From Orbicella franksi (taxonomy: Eukaryota), in contig OZ116707.1 in NCBI GenBank assembly GCA_964199315.1, forward strand, positions 12,090,001 to 12,154,000: 64,000 nt of DNA, written 5' to 3'. Shown here piece after piece: positions 13,039 to 25,151 of the stretch. The position numbers were made by a program, and so were the translations under genes. Below the pieces are notes generated by a model. That model was not told the DNA's origin. It ran no database searches and worked only from the letters and a program-made list of their open reading frames with translations. How positions within the stretch are numbered: the first letter of the stretch is position 1; the number at the start of each line of letters is the position of its first letter.

Positions 13039-13181
13039 ATTAACCAAGCGTGAGGGCCGTACTGTGAGAATATCGGCCCGAGGTCTTGACGGTACGGACC
13101 GAGCGCAGCGAGGTTCGTACCCTGAAACAAGACCGAGGGCCGATATCTTCCAAGTACGGTCCCGAGCAAGCATGATTAATA
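13039..13181. mobile_element. Palindromic MITE-like repeat
   Basis: ATTAACCAAGC-GAGGGCCGTACT-GAATATCGGCCC...GGGCCGATATC-AAGTACGGTCC-GCATGATTAAT inverted arms. Confidence 0.6.
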
Positions 13182-14189
13182 CGATATTTATTTCACCGAA
13201 ATTGTTCAAAGAAATGTGCTACGAACACGTACCAAAAAAAATCGCAAGCGAGAGGACATTTGTGATTGAAGTAAGCGAATCAGCCACGTGTGATGTTAAA
13301 TAAATCAAAAGGGTAAGCTAGAGAGTTGGCTGGAAAAGAAGAGGAATCTGTTATGTGAAAGCAAGGTCTTTCATAAACGTAAACCATAAAACTACCAGAA
13401 GATCGCAGTCGCGCGCCATCATTCGGGGCAATGCCCGGTCCAGTACATAGAGGATATTGGACTGCGTTAGAGCAAGGTGAATGGTTGATTTTGGTTATTT
13501 GCCCTTTGAACTAACTAGTAATAAAATCAAAAACATGTCTTAACTAAACCGAATAGATTCAGTCGTTTGTCTAAAAGGCAAACTGGCTAGCCAAAAAAAA
13601 AAAAAACGTCAAAAGCAACACTAGCCTTGCGTTCGTTGCTAAAACATTTCTGTACATTTACTCCGATGTGTCATATCATACTCAGTTACCTGCAGTTTTG
13701 CTCCAAAATTACCTATCGACATAAAAGGCATGATTGGACAGATACTTTGACGTTGTGTCAGCAAATTCCACTTTGTATCTAAGAATATATTCATGTATAT
13801 ATATTTTTTTCTTTCTAAGAAGTTTCACAAGAATATTTTCAGCACAAAATCGGCAGGAAAGTAAACATATTCAGCCTCGCCCTGAAAACAATATTTTTAT
13901 ATAAATAAAACTACGCACGCAAAACACAAATATGCGAGTAAACCTCTAAAATGTAAGCCAAATCAGGAAAGAGCCCATGCTATATGAATGTGTAGCTGGT
14001 GCGTACAGAAGAAACCCATGCTATGCGCACGTCGTTCTACCAGCGTTTGCAGAAATTAAAAGTGATACGTTTTCAAGGAAATGCGTATGATAGCTGTCTG
14101 TAGCTGAAGACAAGAAAACTCGACGTGTATGCTTGTGTAGACCCTGTTCTGATCTTAAACATGGAATTCTAGAGTAAGCAAGGAGTTCT

Positions 14190-14530
14190 AAATTTGTGTT
14201 TTGAAACGACATAACATCATATCGGAATACTGAAAATAAGTTGGCTCTTCCGCAGCCCAGCACGTGCACCAATTATTTGAAGAAGAGTTTCTCTTACAGC
14301 GGCGCCAGGTTGTGGAACAGCATATCCGATGACGTTCGTCCAGCAACATCTTTACATGATTTTAAACTTGGCATGCGTCACCACAGTTTTGAAAGAATTT
14401 TTTTTTTTAATACGGCTTTCTTGTAAAGCATCTTTGAGTGGGTAGTTTAGGTTAGTTAGTTTAGTTAGGAATAATTATTTGATCTTTTATCATTGTATAA
14501 TCTTTGCTGAAGGATGTACTGTGTACAAAT
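14190..14530 (+). mobile_element. 5'-truncated CR1/L2-type LINE 3' end
   Basis: KLALPQPSTCTNYLKKSFSYSGARLWNSI matches the conserved C-terminal motif of CR1/L2 ORF2 and is followed by a T-rich 3'UTR-like tract. Confidence 0.7.
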
Positions 14531-16039
14531 TAAGTTATCCTTACCATTAGGGAATATGTATATACTGACGATCTTCCCTTCCCCCTTCGCCTCCCCCCCC
14601 CCCCCCGCCTCTTTGTGCCGGGGGAGCCGACGCCGACTCGCTTGTGAATAATGCGGGCGCGGCTTGTGCTTTATGCAGTGACCCCTTGAGGACACCACTT
14701 AAAACAGAAATGAGAGCGGGTTTTCTTTTATTATTATTTTGAGGTCGTGACATCTGTCAGACCAGGGGTCAGAATAAATACAAAACAATGAAATCTCAAC
14801 TTGTTTGTTGGGATGCTAAAGTGATTTATACAGATTTGCTTAAATTGTCAATTTAACCGTTAAAAAGAAACCCTTCAAAAGGTCTCTAAGCAGTTTCGTA
14901 TGTGTACAGGTTCGTAAATACGAACGAATTGGAAAGGTATTATTTACGATGTAACTGAAAGGAGCGTAAAGCAGACTTCAAGTAGGAGAAATGAAAAGTA
15001 CTTGTAACCTAAATTGTTTTTTCGAAATATCTTCGATTTTTTTCATCAGGTGAGGTTCCTATGCATGGCGCTATTGTCGTTTGTTTTTGCCTAAGTGATT
15101 TTGCACGCTGAGGCTTTGATAGTACTACGAAGAAAAACAAAAAACTCGTTTGAATTCTCCATTAAGATGTTATTTCAATACACTGATAGCCCAGAAAGGG
15201 AGCTCAAACTCCGAAATGTACAGCTGTTGAGACGGTCAACGCGATTGTTTTCCGTGAACTGCTTAGTGGATAAGCGAAAGCTGCATAAAAATAGAAACAC
15301 AGACAACAGACGAAGAATTGATTCTGTAAAAACACGTCAAAACTGGTTTGTGCTGACTGGCATTTTGCTTGTGAACGGTGATGAGCTGAATTTTAAATTC
15401 TGCCAAAGTTTTCTTGTCGTCTTTACTTTTTTTTTCTCATCAGGCCTTTTGGCGCTTCCATAAATAAATAATTTAAGAAGAAAATATAGACGATGATTTT
15501 GCATTTTAGATTGCAACTTTTTCACTGCAAAACATTATCAGTCTAGATGTCGGTCTATATGAGAAAATCTAGACCGCTCTCTGATATCGATTTCAGCCAA
15601 TCAAATTCGTTAATTTGGTAGTTCCCAGTCCTTGTGGGAGAGACCCATATGATAGTCTACGATTTTAGACGACAACCGTAAAATGATATTTTGTGTGGCC
15701 GTACGTTCACAGTGGAAAACAGTCAACCTAATGAGTTTACCACGCTTGTTAATGTAAAATCTAAAATAAAGTAACACAATATTTCCCAACGCGAAAGCAC
15801 TAAGGGCTTGAGCTTGACAATTTATTAACAGACACCGTAGCTGCTTAAGCATCACAGTGAATAAGTTAAGATTTCATTGCTTTGAATGGGACATTTGATT
15901 GGCTGGATTTGAAAATATTGGTATCTATTGTTTCAGTTCTGCCGCGTACCTGATTAGCTTTCATTGTCTCGTGGCCCCGGTTTCTGTAAAGACAAAAGAT
16001 TTACCTTATTTTTTTCGATTTTAAAACCCTTGGCCGTTA

Positions 16040-16295
16040 GTTTTGGAAGTTAAAAAGGCGTGAGTATTTGCTACGCTAACTGCGTATTTGCTACGGTAGC
16101 AATTACTTACCAGGTAGCTATTTGCTATATTGGTAGGTATTTGATACGGTAGCAAATACGTATGGTAGGTATTTGCTACAGTCGCAAATACGGAAGGGTG
16201 GGTATTTGTTACCAAAAGTAGGTATTTGCTACCTAACAAATATGGAGGGTAAGTATTTTCAACCAAACATGCGTAATTGCCGAGGTATTTGCTGC
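16040..16295. repeat. Array of GTATTTGCTAC-like motifs in both orientations
   Basis: About 10 or more copies of (G)GTATTTGCTAC or its reverse complement TAGCAAATAC within ~250 bp. Confidence 0.7.
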
Positions 16296-16639
16296 TCAAA
16301 ATAGTTTAAGGTTAGGTGTGCTCTATTGCTCTACATTTGTTCGGAATAAAAATATGTAACTGTTATTTCCTTTTTGCTACACTTACATTAGGAAACTCCG
16401 TCTTTAATCGCTGGAAATAAACGGCTTTTTGAGGAGGAAAATGTGTTGGTTCTTTCGAAAGGGGAGAGAGGAAGTTAACTTATCTAGTTTCATACCTTTG
16501 CCCATTTTCTCCCTGTTATCGTATTTTATTGCGTAGCTTACTTCGTTGACAAGTGATCAGTCAAGAATGTGTCAAATTTACTGATGCTTTGAGGAAAAGG
16601 ATAAAGCAATAAAGGGGTGAAATGGAAACTTCGGGTTTG

Positions 16640-18125
16640 TTGCTCTTATGGCCATTTAAGAAAACATTGATTTTAACCCACATACTGCTGCAGCCTCAAT
16701 TCTGAATAACGAAGAGTTTATTTGAACTTCCAGGGGCTTGAAACTAATTTGCAAAGACTTTGCCTTTCAGTTAGAGCAGTTCGGGAAAGATTACGACAAG
16801 CGCGTTGATCTACGTACTGTTTATCGTATTCTTAATCAGAAGAATAGGAGTCGTTTTGGCCTAACACGGACTTGAAATTGAGCTGCCAAGACAATGATTA
16901 TGACCGGACCTACATAGGCTTGATTCTGAAACACGCAGAGGTTATTTTTAAGTTAAATGGCCTTGCAACTAAATTGCAGAGATCTTGCCATCGAGTTAGA
17001 GCGGCTCGGTAAAGATTACGACAAGCGCATTACTCTAGGTTACTGTATGAAAGAAGATTACGAGAAGATTACGAGAAGCGCGTTGGTCAAGGTTATTGTT
17101 TTCTTAGTCAGTAAAGTCAGGATGGGTCGTGTTTACTTTACACCGGCTTGATACTGAGCTATGGAGACATTGATTTTGACTTACATAGGCTCAATTCTGA
17201 ATAACGCAGATGGTATTTTTGAGTTCAATGGGCTTGAAACTAAATTGCAAGGCCCTTGCCTTTCTATTAGAGCGGCTCAGTAAAGATTACAAGCGTGCTG
17301 GTGTAGGTAATTGCATTCTTAGTGAACAAAATAGAGGTTGTTTTGGAGTCAGACGGGCAGCTGCGGAGACATTCATTTAGACCTGAATAAGCTAGAATCT
17401 AAAACACGGAGACTGAGGTTATTTTCAAATTCAAGGGGGTTGAAACTAATTTGCAGAATAGTGAGAGCCACTCGGTAAAGATTACGACAAGCGCGTTATA
17501 GCTAGTCTAGGGGGTCGTTTTGACTTTAGCCGGGTTTGATACTGAACTGTGGAGACCCTGACTTTGAGATACATAATGTTGATTTTGAATAGCGCAGAGG
17601 TTATTTTTGAGTTCTAGGGGCTTGAAACTAAATTAAGACAAAGAAAGGATTGCCTGTAAAGGCTCGGTTTATATTACGACAAGCGCGTTGGTCTAGGTTA
17701 TTGTATTCTTAATAAAGTAGAGGTCGTTTTGGACTTACACGGACTTGATATTGAGCCGCGGAGACATTGATTTTGACGAACATGGGTGATTCTGAAACAC
17801 GCAGAGGTTATTTTTAAGTTAAATGGCCTTGAAACTAAATTGCAGCGATCTTGCCATCGAGTTATAGCGGCTCGGTAAAGATTACGACAAGCGCATTAGT
17901 CTAGGTTACTGTATTGTTAGTCAGTAAAATAGAGGTCATTTTTACCTTAGTCGGGCATGATACTGAGCTGTGGAGACAATGGTTTTGGCCTGCATAGGCT
18001 TGATTCGGGAACACGCAGAGGTTACTTTTAAGTTCAAGGGGCTTGAAACTAAATTGGAAAGACCATGTGTTTTAGTTGGAGCGGCTAGGTAAGGATTACG
18101 AGAAGCGCGTTGGTTTAGGTTTTTG
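16640..18125 (+). repeat. Diverged satellite-like tandem array, ~7 units of ~195-225 bp
   Basis: Anchor GATTAC(GA)CAAGCGC at ~16789, 17014, 17284, 17480, 17673, 17880 and 18094. GGCTTGAAACTAAATTG also recurs in each unit. Confidence 0.8.
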
Positions 18126-18570
18126 TGAGTAGTCGGTATTTTTTTTACACAAAATCTTGTAAACATGAAGTTTGCAATTAACACTTTGCTTCTTCTGAGT
18201 TTCACACATGATCATTGGTCAACTAGCATTGCGAATACAAAGCAATATTACAGCATTTTCCCGAACTTTAAGGTACCATGCACTTTATCAAATATCCCTT
18301 ATCTTAAGAACCATGTATGTGGAAATTAGGGAACATTTCAAAAAAATGTTCGCCGTTCATCGTTGAGTTCCTGATATGTTAATTATAAATATAAATTATA
18401 CTTATATTATTGCGTTCCGTTCATTTGTTAGCTTTGACATTTTTGTCGAAAAGAAAACTAGGGACGGTATAATAAACATTTAAGCGTTGGAGATAAGTAT
18501 TCTTATCGGGAGATTTCATTTGATTGACATTAATCATTGGATGGTTTAATCGTTGAATTAATGATGGCGG

Positions 18571-19944
18571 TGTTACGCCGTAAAAATGAAACAACTAACG
18601 CAAAATGTAATGACGCGAGATGTAACAACTTTTGACCCATAATGTAATATTAGCTCGAATTGTAACAACTTTTGACACAAAATGTAACAATTTCTTTGAC
18701 GCGAATTACAACAATTTTTTAACTCAAAATATGACAACCTCTTCAACACGAAATGTAACAACGCAAAATGTAACAACTCTGCTCTTAATGTATAAAGGAC
18801 GAAATTCAGATAATGTATCATCGTTCTTCTCAAGCTTAGCAACCCCTGTCAGTCAAATTATACAAACCTACCTGTCATATGACCAGTTCAAAATTTTAAA
18901 AGAACGTGTTAATTATACCAGGTCCGTGTCTCTCCGTCCGTGCTCTACGGACAGACATGAACTTTATATCTGCTAACGCTAAACAAACAACAGCAAATAC
19001 AAAACATGTACGAAGGCACGAATAATATACTACTACCTGACAGTCACAGTTGGAGGCGTCAGAAGTCACCTGACTTTAGAAAACTGCTTGTCCACTACCT
19101 TATCACAAAAAAGTGATCACTTACAGGAGCTGGTAGGTTGAGGGAAGTGATCGTCAGGAAAGAGTTGACTTTATTGGATAAAATCATTTGGTTTCGGAAG
19201 GTCAACGTTTTTACTCGACTTAAAATATTTTAGTGCATAGAATGTATAGAGCGGTAGAACAGCTCTCTTACTCTTGTTAAATTGCTAATTCAATTTAATT
19301 TTTGAGTTTTGTTTAATGATGGGGAAAGCAAATTTACACTGTAAGTAAAAGCAAGGGAAAGTAAGTAGTAGAAGTTGTTTAATAACCATTCTTCAGGTAC
19401 CAGAGATAAAGCTTTCGAAACTCCTCCTGTGTGTATGTAGCGTTTAACAGTGGCAAGGAGGACACTACATTTCCGCCATATCCACCTAATCTGACAATCG
19501 CTTCTCCGTAACTTGTCGTCTCACAATTCTAAGAACTTGGGAATATAATGACCCTTCGCTCCTCTTGCCTGCTTTACCTCTATTACTATCGATAGCAACA
19601 TGAACAGCGGTTTATTAATTTAGAATCCGAAAAAAAAATACTTCATAAGGTTTAGACCATCAAAGGATAATATTGGCTAAAGCTATGCTAAGGGTTGTTG
19701 TAGCCAAGTTTAGCCACTCTTACACAGTGATTAGAGATGTCACGTAAGCTCTACTAGTAATAATATATCGAAAGAGTTGTTACATTTTGCGTTGTTACAA
19801 TTCGTGTTAAAGAAGTTGTCACATTTTGCGTTGAAAAGTTGTTGCAATTCGCGTCAAATAAATTGTTACATTTTGCGTCAAAAGTTATTACATTTCTCGT
19901 TAATGTTACATTTTGCGTTAGTTGTTACATTTTGCAGCGTAACA
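18571..19944. mobile_element. Non-autonomous element with ~200-bp TIRs built of AAATGTAACAAC repeats
   Basis: Left arm TGTTACGCCG...AATGTAACAACTCT (18571-18780) is the reverse complement of right arm AGAGTTGTTACATT...GCGTAACA (19772-19944). No TSD recognised. Confidence 0.7.
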
Positions 19945-20535
19945 TTCGTCACTAATTTTAGTTAAAAAGCGCTCTAGTACAACGTAGAGATGTTCTCTCG
20001 TTTAAGTGTCACTGTTTGAAATGGAGATCAGTGACTCCAGAAACATTAACCGTAGTTGAACACTACAGAAAATATAAGGACAGCGGGTATTTTCAAACAG
20101 AATCAAGGGCTCGTTGAGCCTATGACTGTTTTTGAATCCGGCGAATCAGTGAATTATCTTCAACTTAGTACACACTCACATGCGTATTAAGGACCCAGAG
20201 TTCCCAGTGTTGCAGTTTGGTATTTGCCTGTTGTGATGGTTGGATATGCTCGGTGATATTAAAAGCTGATAAAGCTACTCTGCAAAGTAGCACTTAGAAT
20301 TTTATTTCACGTTGTTTTGCACTTCTTAAGTGCATGCAGAGCTGACTGCTCATTGAATCTTGTGTTCCCTTAAATTAAAAACTTCACCGTCGTTATCCCC
20401 ACATAATGCAGACTTATATGACTCAGTATTGTGATTATAAATTGTTAGTTCTGATCAAATCACTATGATCAACTTTCCCTCTTGTTTTCTTCGACCAACT
20501 GAAAAAGCCTAGTTTTGGAACGAAACAGTGGACGT

Positions 20536-20725
20536 TAAAGCCGGTTTCACTACAACATAAGCACAAGCATAAGCATAACAGTAACAGGGGCGTCCACAAC
20601 ACAAGCATTAGTGCAAGCACGTGGCAGTAAAGACGCACACAACACAAGCAAAAGAGTAAGCACAAGAAGAACAAACGTTCTTGTGCTTCTTGTGCTTGCG
20701 CTTATGCTTATGTCAAGTGAGAATT
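20536..20725. mobile_element. MITE-like palindrome of (CATAAG/CACAAG)n and (CTTGTG/CTTATG)n arms
   Basis: AAAGCCGGTTTCACTACAACATAAGCACAAGCATAAG...CTTGTGCTTGCGCTTATGCTTATGTCAAGTGAGAA. Confidence 0.55.
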
Positions 20726-22918
20726 TGCTGCTGTGATCGCGCGCATTAGCATGAGCGAAAGTCCGCTTTCTTGTTTTACTGTATCGAGAAGGTATGGAAC
20801 CGGAAAAAGGCAATTATCAAATCTGCGCATGCCAACGTACTTATGCGTGTGTTGAGGGCGTCCTAACTTCCGTCATGCTTATTCTAATAGTTGTTCTTGT
20901 GCCGTATAAAAAGTCCAAACTTCGACGATCATCCTTAGTGCGTATTTCCTACGTAAGTGAGTATTTGCTTCCTCCGGACTTATTTCTTTGAATTAAAAAG
21001 GTCCAGAATGTGCAATGACATGCCAGGGCAATTGAATCCTTTGCAAATTTTCCGAGGCGATGCACAAAACCCTGAGAGATTTTAAAAAATGTATTTTTTC
21101 CACAAAAACTCTTCAAAACACACAAAAACAGAAAAAAAAATTGTTTGTTTAATTTAATATAGACCAAGATGCCTGATTTGGAAAGAAGTAAATTGCGCTT
21201 CTCATGTTCTCAAGTTAGACTTTTTGTCCGTTTTTCGTATTTAAGATAAAACGTGATATTTCTTCAGCGAAACATGAAAGTGGGTATTTCCTACAGAAAT
21301 GCGTATTTGCAACGAAATTACATTTTTTGAAATAAATTTGTTTCAACATACAAATTTGAGGTCAAACAAGGTGGAGGCAATTCTTTATTCAAAGCGCCCA
21401 CATTCTCTGCAGAAAAAACGTAAAAAAAGCAAGGGAAGGGTTTTAAAAGGCCAAAAAAGGTCCGGCTACCTTCAAAAAAAAATCCTCTTCAGATTAAGGT
21501 CGAGTTTACTTGTAAGCTAACAACAGGATATTATTCAAACTAAGCTTGGCAAAGGACCAAAAATATTTCAGATTGATGGGGGGGGGGGGGGGGGTTAAAG
21601 GGAGTTATCCTTATCTAATTGACCTTCGGATTTGGCCAAAAGCTGGATTTTATTTCAAAATTTAGGTCCGTGTACCAAAGAGTAGGTAATTGCTACGTAG
21701 GTGGTATAAGAAACGTGATAGAAATGTTTTATTCCTTAAAATTTAGTATCTTTCTACAACGGTCAAAGAATAAAGTGTTATTGTTAAGGACAATACCTAT
21801 TAAATCGCTTTTTTATTTAATTTAAGGCATTAAAAACGTAAAGGGAAAATAAGCAGCAAATACCTACTTATGTTTCCAAAGAGAGAGAGAGAGAGAGGAA
21901 AAAAAAAAAACCTTCTTCGCCGATTTTGATTAGTAAATTCAAAACAAAACTTTGTCCTCAGCTTTCGGCCTGTGGCCGTAGTCAATACCTCCAATCCGGC
22001 AAAGTTTTTCTCGATACGGACATTGTAAGGAGGTCAACCCATGGGTAGAAAATTCATAACAGTGAGATTACTCTTTTAGTTTTATTACTTCCTTCGTCTA
22101 TGAAATAGGGAAACAGTTCCTTTTTCCTATATCGTGTTGTAGACACACGACTGAAACTGAGGGAGAAAGAGAAATTGTTACACTTGCATTGTGTAAGCAG
22201 TTCAAAATGCGATTAGGCAGTAAATATGCCGAAGGGCACGAGACTGAGGAAAATTACATGGAAACTGTTTTAATTGTACTCGCCAAAATAAATGATCAAT
22301 TCATTTTCTACACTCCTATGCTGGTGTATTCAGTCCTTGATAACTTTTATAACGTTTATAAGTTTTAAACAAAGGGAACCAATTACCAGGTTGCCTGATC
22401 TAAAATATATATGAGAGCAATTTTGCGACATGCCTTTGTTCACGGAAATTGATGTTGAACATGATATTTTGACGTGCATTTTTCCATGGTAGCGTTTTGA
22501 CAGGTTGTTTTACCCAAATTTCCAATGGATCATTTACAGTGCTGAGACCATTTCGTAGTATACTAAGACAAGAATTGAATTGAAGATGGCGGATATCGAT
22601 CCACGTCGCAGATCCCACATTATTTAAGTTTTGTCAAAACTTGACGTCAGTATTGATACTTGGTCACTACTAGCTAACAAGCTAACAAACAACCTTTGTT
22701 TTTCATTTCTTTTTCTTTACAAAGCATGCTATCTTCACCACGGTGCGCATGCTTGTGTCGACGAACACTGTATTCCCTCTCTCTCCCTTTGCCAAACACA
22801 AGCCACAGCTAAATAAGACTATAGGTTCCTTGTTAATGTGTACGTGTGTTTTAGTTATTACAAATTAATATTTTCCGCAGGCTTTGACAAGGACCATCAT
22901 AATTAAAATTCGTCAAGA

Positions 22919-23273
22919 GAGATAAATGGTAGAGAAATTGATCTCCCTTATAGACCTTAGATGAATGGTGGGGGAGTTTATCTCCCCTACAGGCCTTAGA
23001 TGAATGGTAGGGGAGTTTATCTCCCTTGTAGACCTTAGATGAATGGTAGGGGAGTTTATCTCTCTTATAGACCTTAGATGAATGGTAGGGGGAGTTTATC
23101 TCCCTTATAGACCTTAGATGAATGGTGGGGGAGTTTATCTCCCTTGCAGACCTTAGATGAATGGTAGGGGAGTTTATCTCCCTTATAGACCTTAGATGAA
23201 TGGTAGGGGAGTTTATCTCGCTTATAGGCCTTAGATGAATGGTAGGGGAGTTTATCTCCCTTATAGACCTTAG
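22919..23273 (+). repeat. 39-bp minisatellite, ~9 copies
   Basis: Unit TAGACCTTAGATGAATGGTAGGGGAGTTTATCTCCCTTA repeated head-to-tail with few substitutions and no spacers. Confidence 0.95.
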
Positions 23274-24840
23274 CTTCAAGGTAATCCCTCTCAAGTTATT
23301 TTTAAACATAGTACCCAGTTCTTCGCCGGATAATGTTACCACGCGTGTTGCTCGGATGTTTTCGTGGATGCTGTTAAACCTCTTGTCCTGTCCGCGTTTG
23401 CAAAATATGCGTCACAGAGTTGGCTATTCTCAGACCGCCCTTAGATTTCCGAACCGGAAGCGACGTTTAAAGTCATCTTACGAATAAGACCTTTATGGAA
23501 AATCAGCTCTTTTTATTTTCATCCTGTCTAATAAAAGTCGTGCTTTAACACGGTGTGAATGTAATTCATCAGCGAAGCTTTGAAAATACAAAAGGTTTCA
23601 ATACAGCCAAGGAAGGAAAATGATCGAGGCTCATCTCCGGTCAGTTCATATTGCAATTGACCAAATGTGATTTGGTTCGCGATTACGAACTTCAGCGGTA
23701 AAATACTCTAACCGCAATTGTTTTAATTAGCTTTGGATAAACTACATGATATATTTTATATGATTGCAGGTATCTCGGCTCAAATAAAATTCAACATATC
23801 TCCACAGGAGCATTTTCCAAACAACAGTATTTGTACTTGTTGTAAGTATATTTATAAGGGTGTTAATGCATGTCGTGCATGAACGGGGAGTAGGATTGCT
23901 TTGATGGTTCTTGGTCCAAAACGTTTGTTTTTTACCATACATTTATTATAGGGTCTTTTTTACACAGAGGGCAAATCAACTGAATGGCTATTGGTCAAGG
24001 AGTCTCGATTTCCTTCCCTCGTTTCATTTGTTGACAGACAAACTAACCTGCTTCTCATTGGCTTAGTGTGAGGTTTTTGCATTCAGTTTACCTCTGGCAA
24101 TGACAGGGATTTAACAACTGTCAACCCTGCTCTGTGTGGCCCTTCGGAGTTTGAGGTCACTTTTAGGATATCTGTTTCATTACATAGGATTAGAAACTGA
24201 ACGATAAATGTAAAGTAACAAGAGACTACTCAGTTTGAGACTAGAAAAGTTAATTCACCTAGAGACAGAGCCGTTTGGTCGATATTTTACACACAGGCTG
24301 CTAAAATCCTTTGCTTCTTTCCCGGGGAAGGGGAAAAGTCTACCCCCTTCATTGGTCATAGAACACATCAAATGACTATTGAAGTTTTGCATTCTGTACT
24401 CGAAACAACATCTAAGTGTTTATATCAGTAGTTTGCACGGTCGCGAAAGGAGACAGGCACTCGCTCACATGCTAATGTTACGTGACCTCATACGTTAGTT
24501 CCTGTTCGGTGAAGTTGTCCACCAGCAATTGCTTAGTCGTTTGTTTTAGTAGAATTGTGATTATGCGTTACGTAACAATTTTGTATATGCTGTAGTTTGC
24601 AAGTTCAAGAGAGAAGACAGGGACTCACTCACGTGTAGATCTCACGTGAGCTCCTAAGTGCTTGATGTAGTTGTTGTTTAGCCAGTCCAGTCCTAACACC
24701 ATGATCTTAGATTGTTCGGGCAATTTACACACGGTTAAATGTTTAAAGAAAAATAACATTTTCGACCTTTGCATTATAAAAAAGGAACTTTGTTTATTTT
24801 GTTTATTTACTTATTTATTTATAATTTTTTTTTTCCGCAG

Positions 24841-24912
24841 GGATTTGGCGTCAAATGAGATTCAATATCTACCTACAGGAGTATTCTCCAGCTTCTTGCA
24901 GCTTTGTTACCT
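24841..24912 (+). CDS. Host gene LRR exon: DLASNEIQYLPTGVFSSFLQLCYL
   Basis: 72 bp, polypyrimidine tract plus CAG acceptor, GTAGGT donor, phase 2/2. Confidence 0.9.
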
Positions 24913-25151
24913 GTAGGTTAAAATGAAAAAAACTTTAACCTTGCTACACAAAACATTTAGAACCTAGCAGTCTCAGATTTTGATTTCTATTCCGTTTTGT
25001 TTGTGATTTTGATTTTTTTGTTCTTTTTAAAGTTAAAGTTAACCCCCCCCCCCCGGCATGCAAAGGTGGAAGGGATCAGAGGATGTATCTGAGATGTACT
25101 TTGTGATTTCGGAAGTTTCAGTAGGGTTAGGTTAAATCTGTCCTCTTTTAC

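Noticed and set aside
22725-22816. LDLa-like exon (HACVDEHCIPSLSLCQ) suggesting a GRL101-type LDLa-LRR receptor
   Set aside because: It lacks the DCxDxSDE acidic motif, hits a stop before any good donor, and the TM domain of the gene is not rhodopsin-like.
22919-23273. CRISPR-like array / 163-aa ORF 22851-23342
   Set aside because: The units are contiguous with no unique spacers, the context is eukaryotic, and no cas genes are present. The ORF is a by-product of a 39-bp period and changes frame mid-array.
24682-24733. Extra exon encoding MILDCSGNLHT (LRR-cap-like)
   Set aside because: The donor is weak (GTTAAA) and the length does not match the 72-bp phase-2 pattern. It is unsupported without RNA data.
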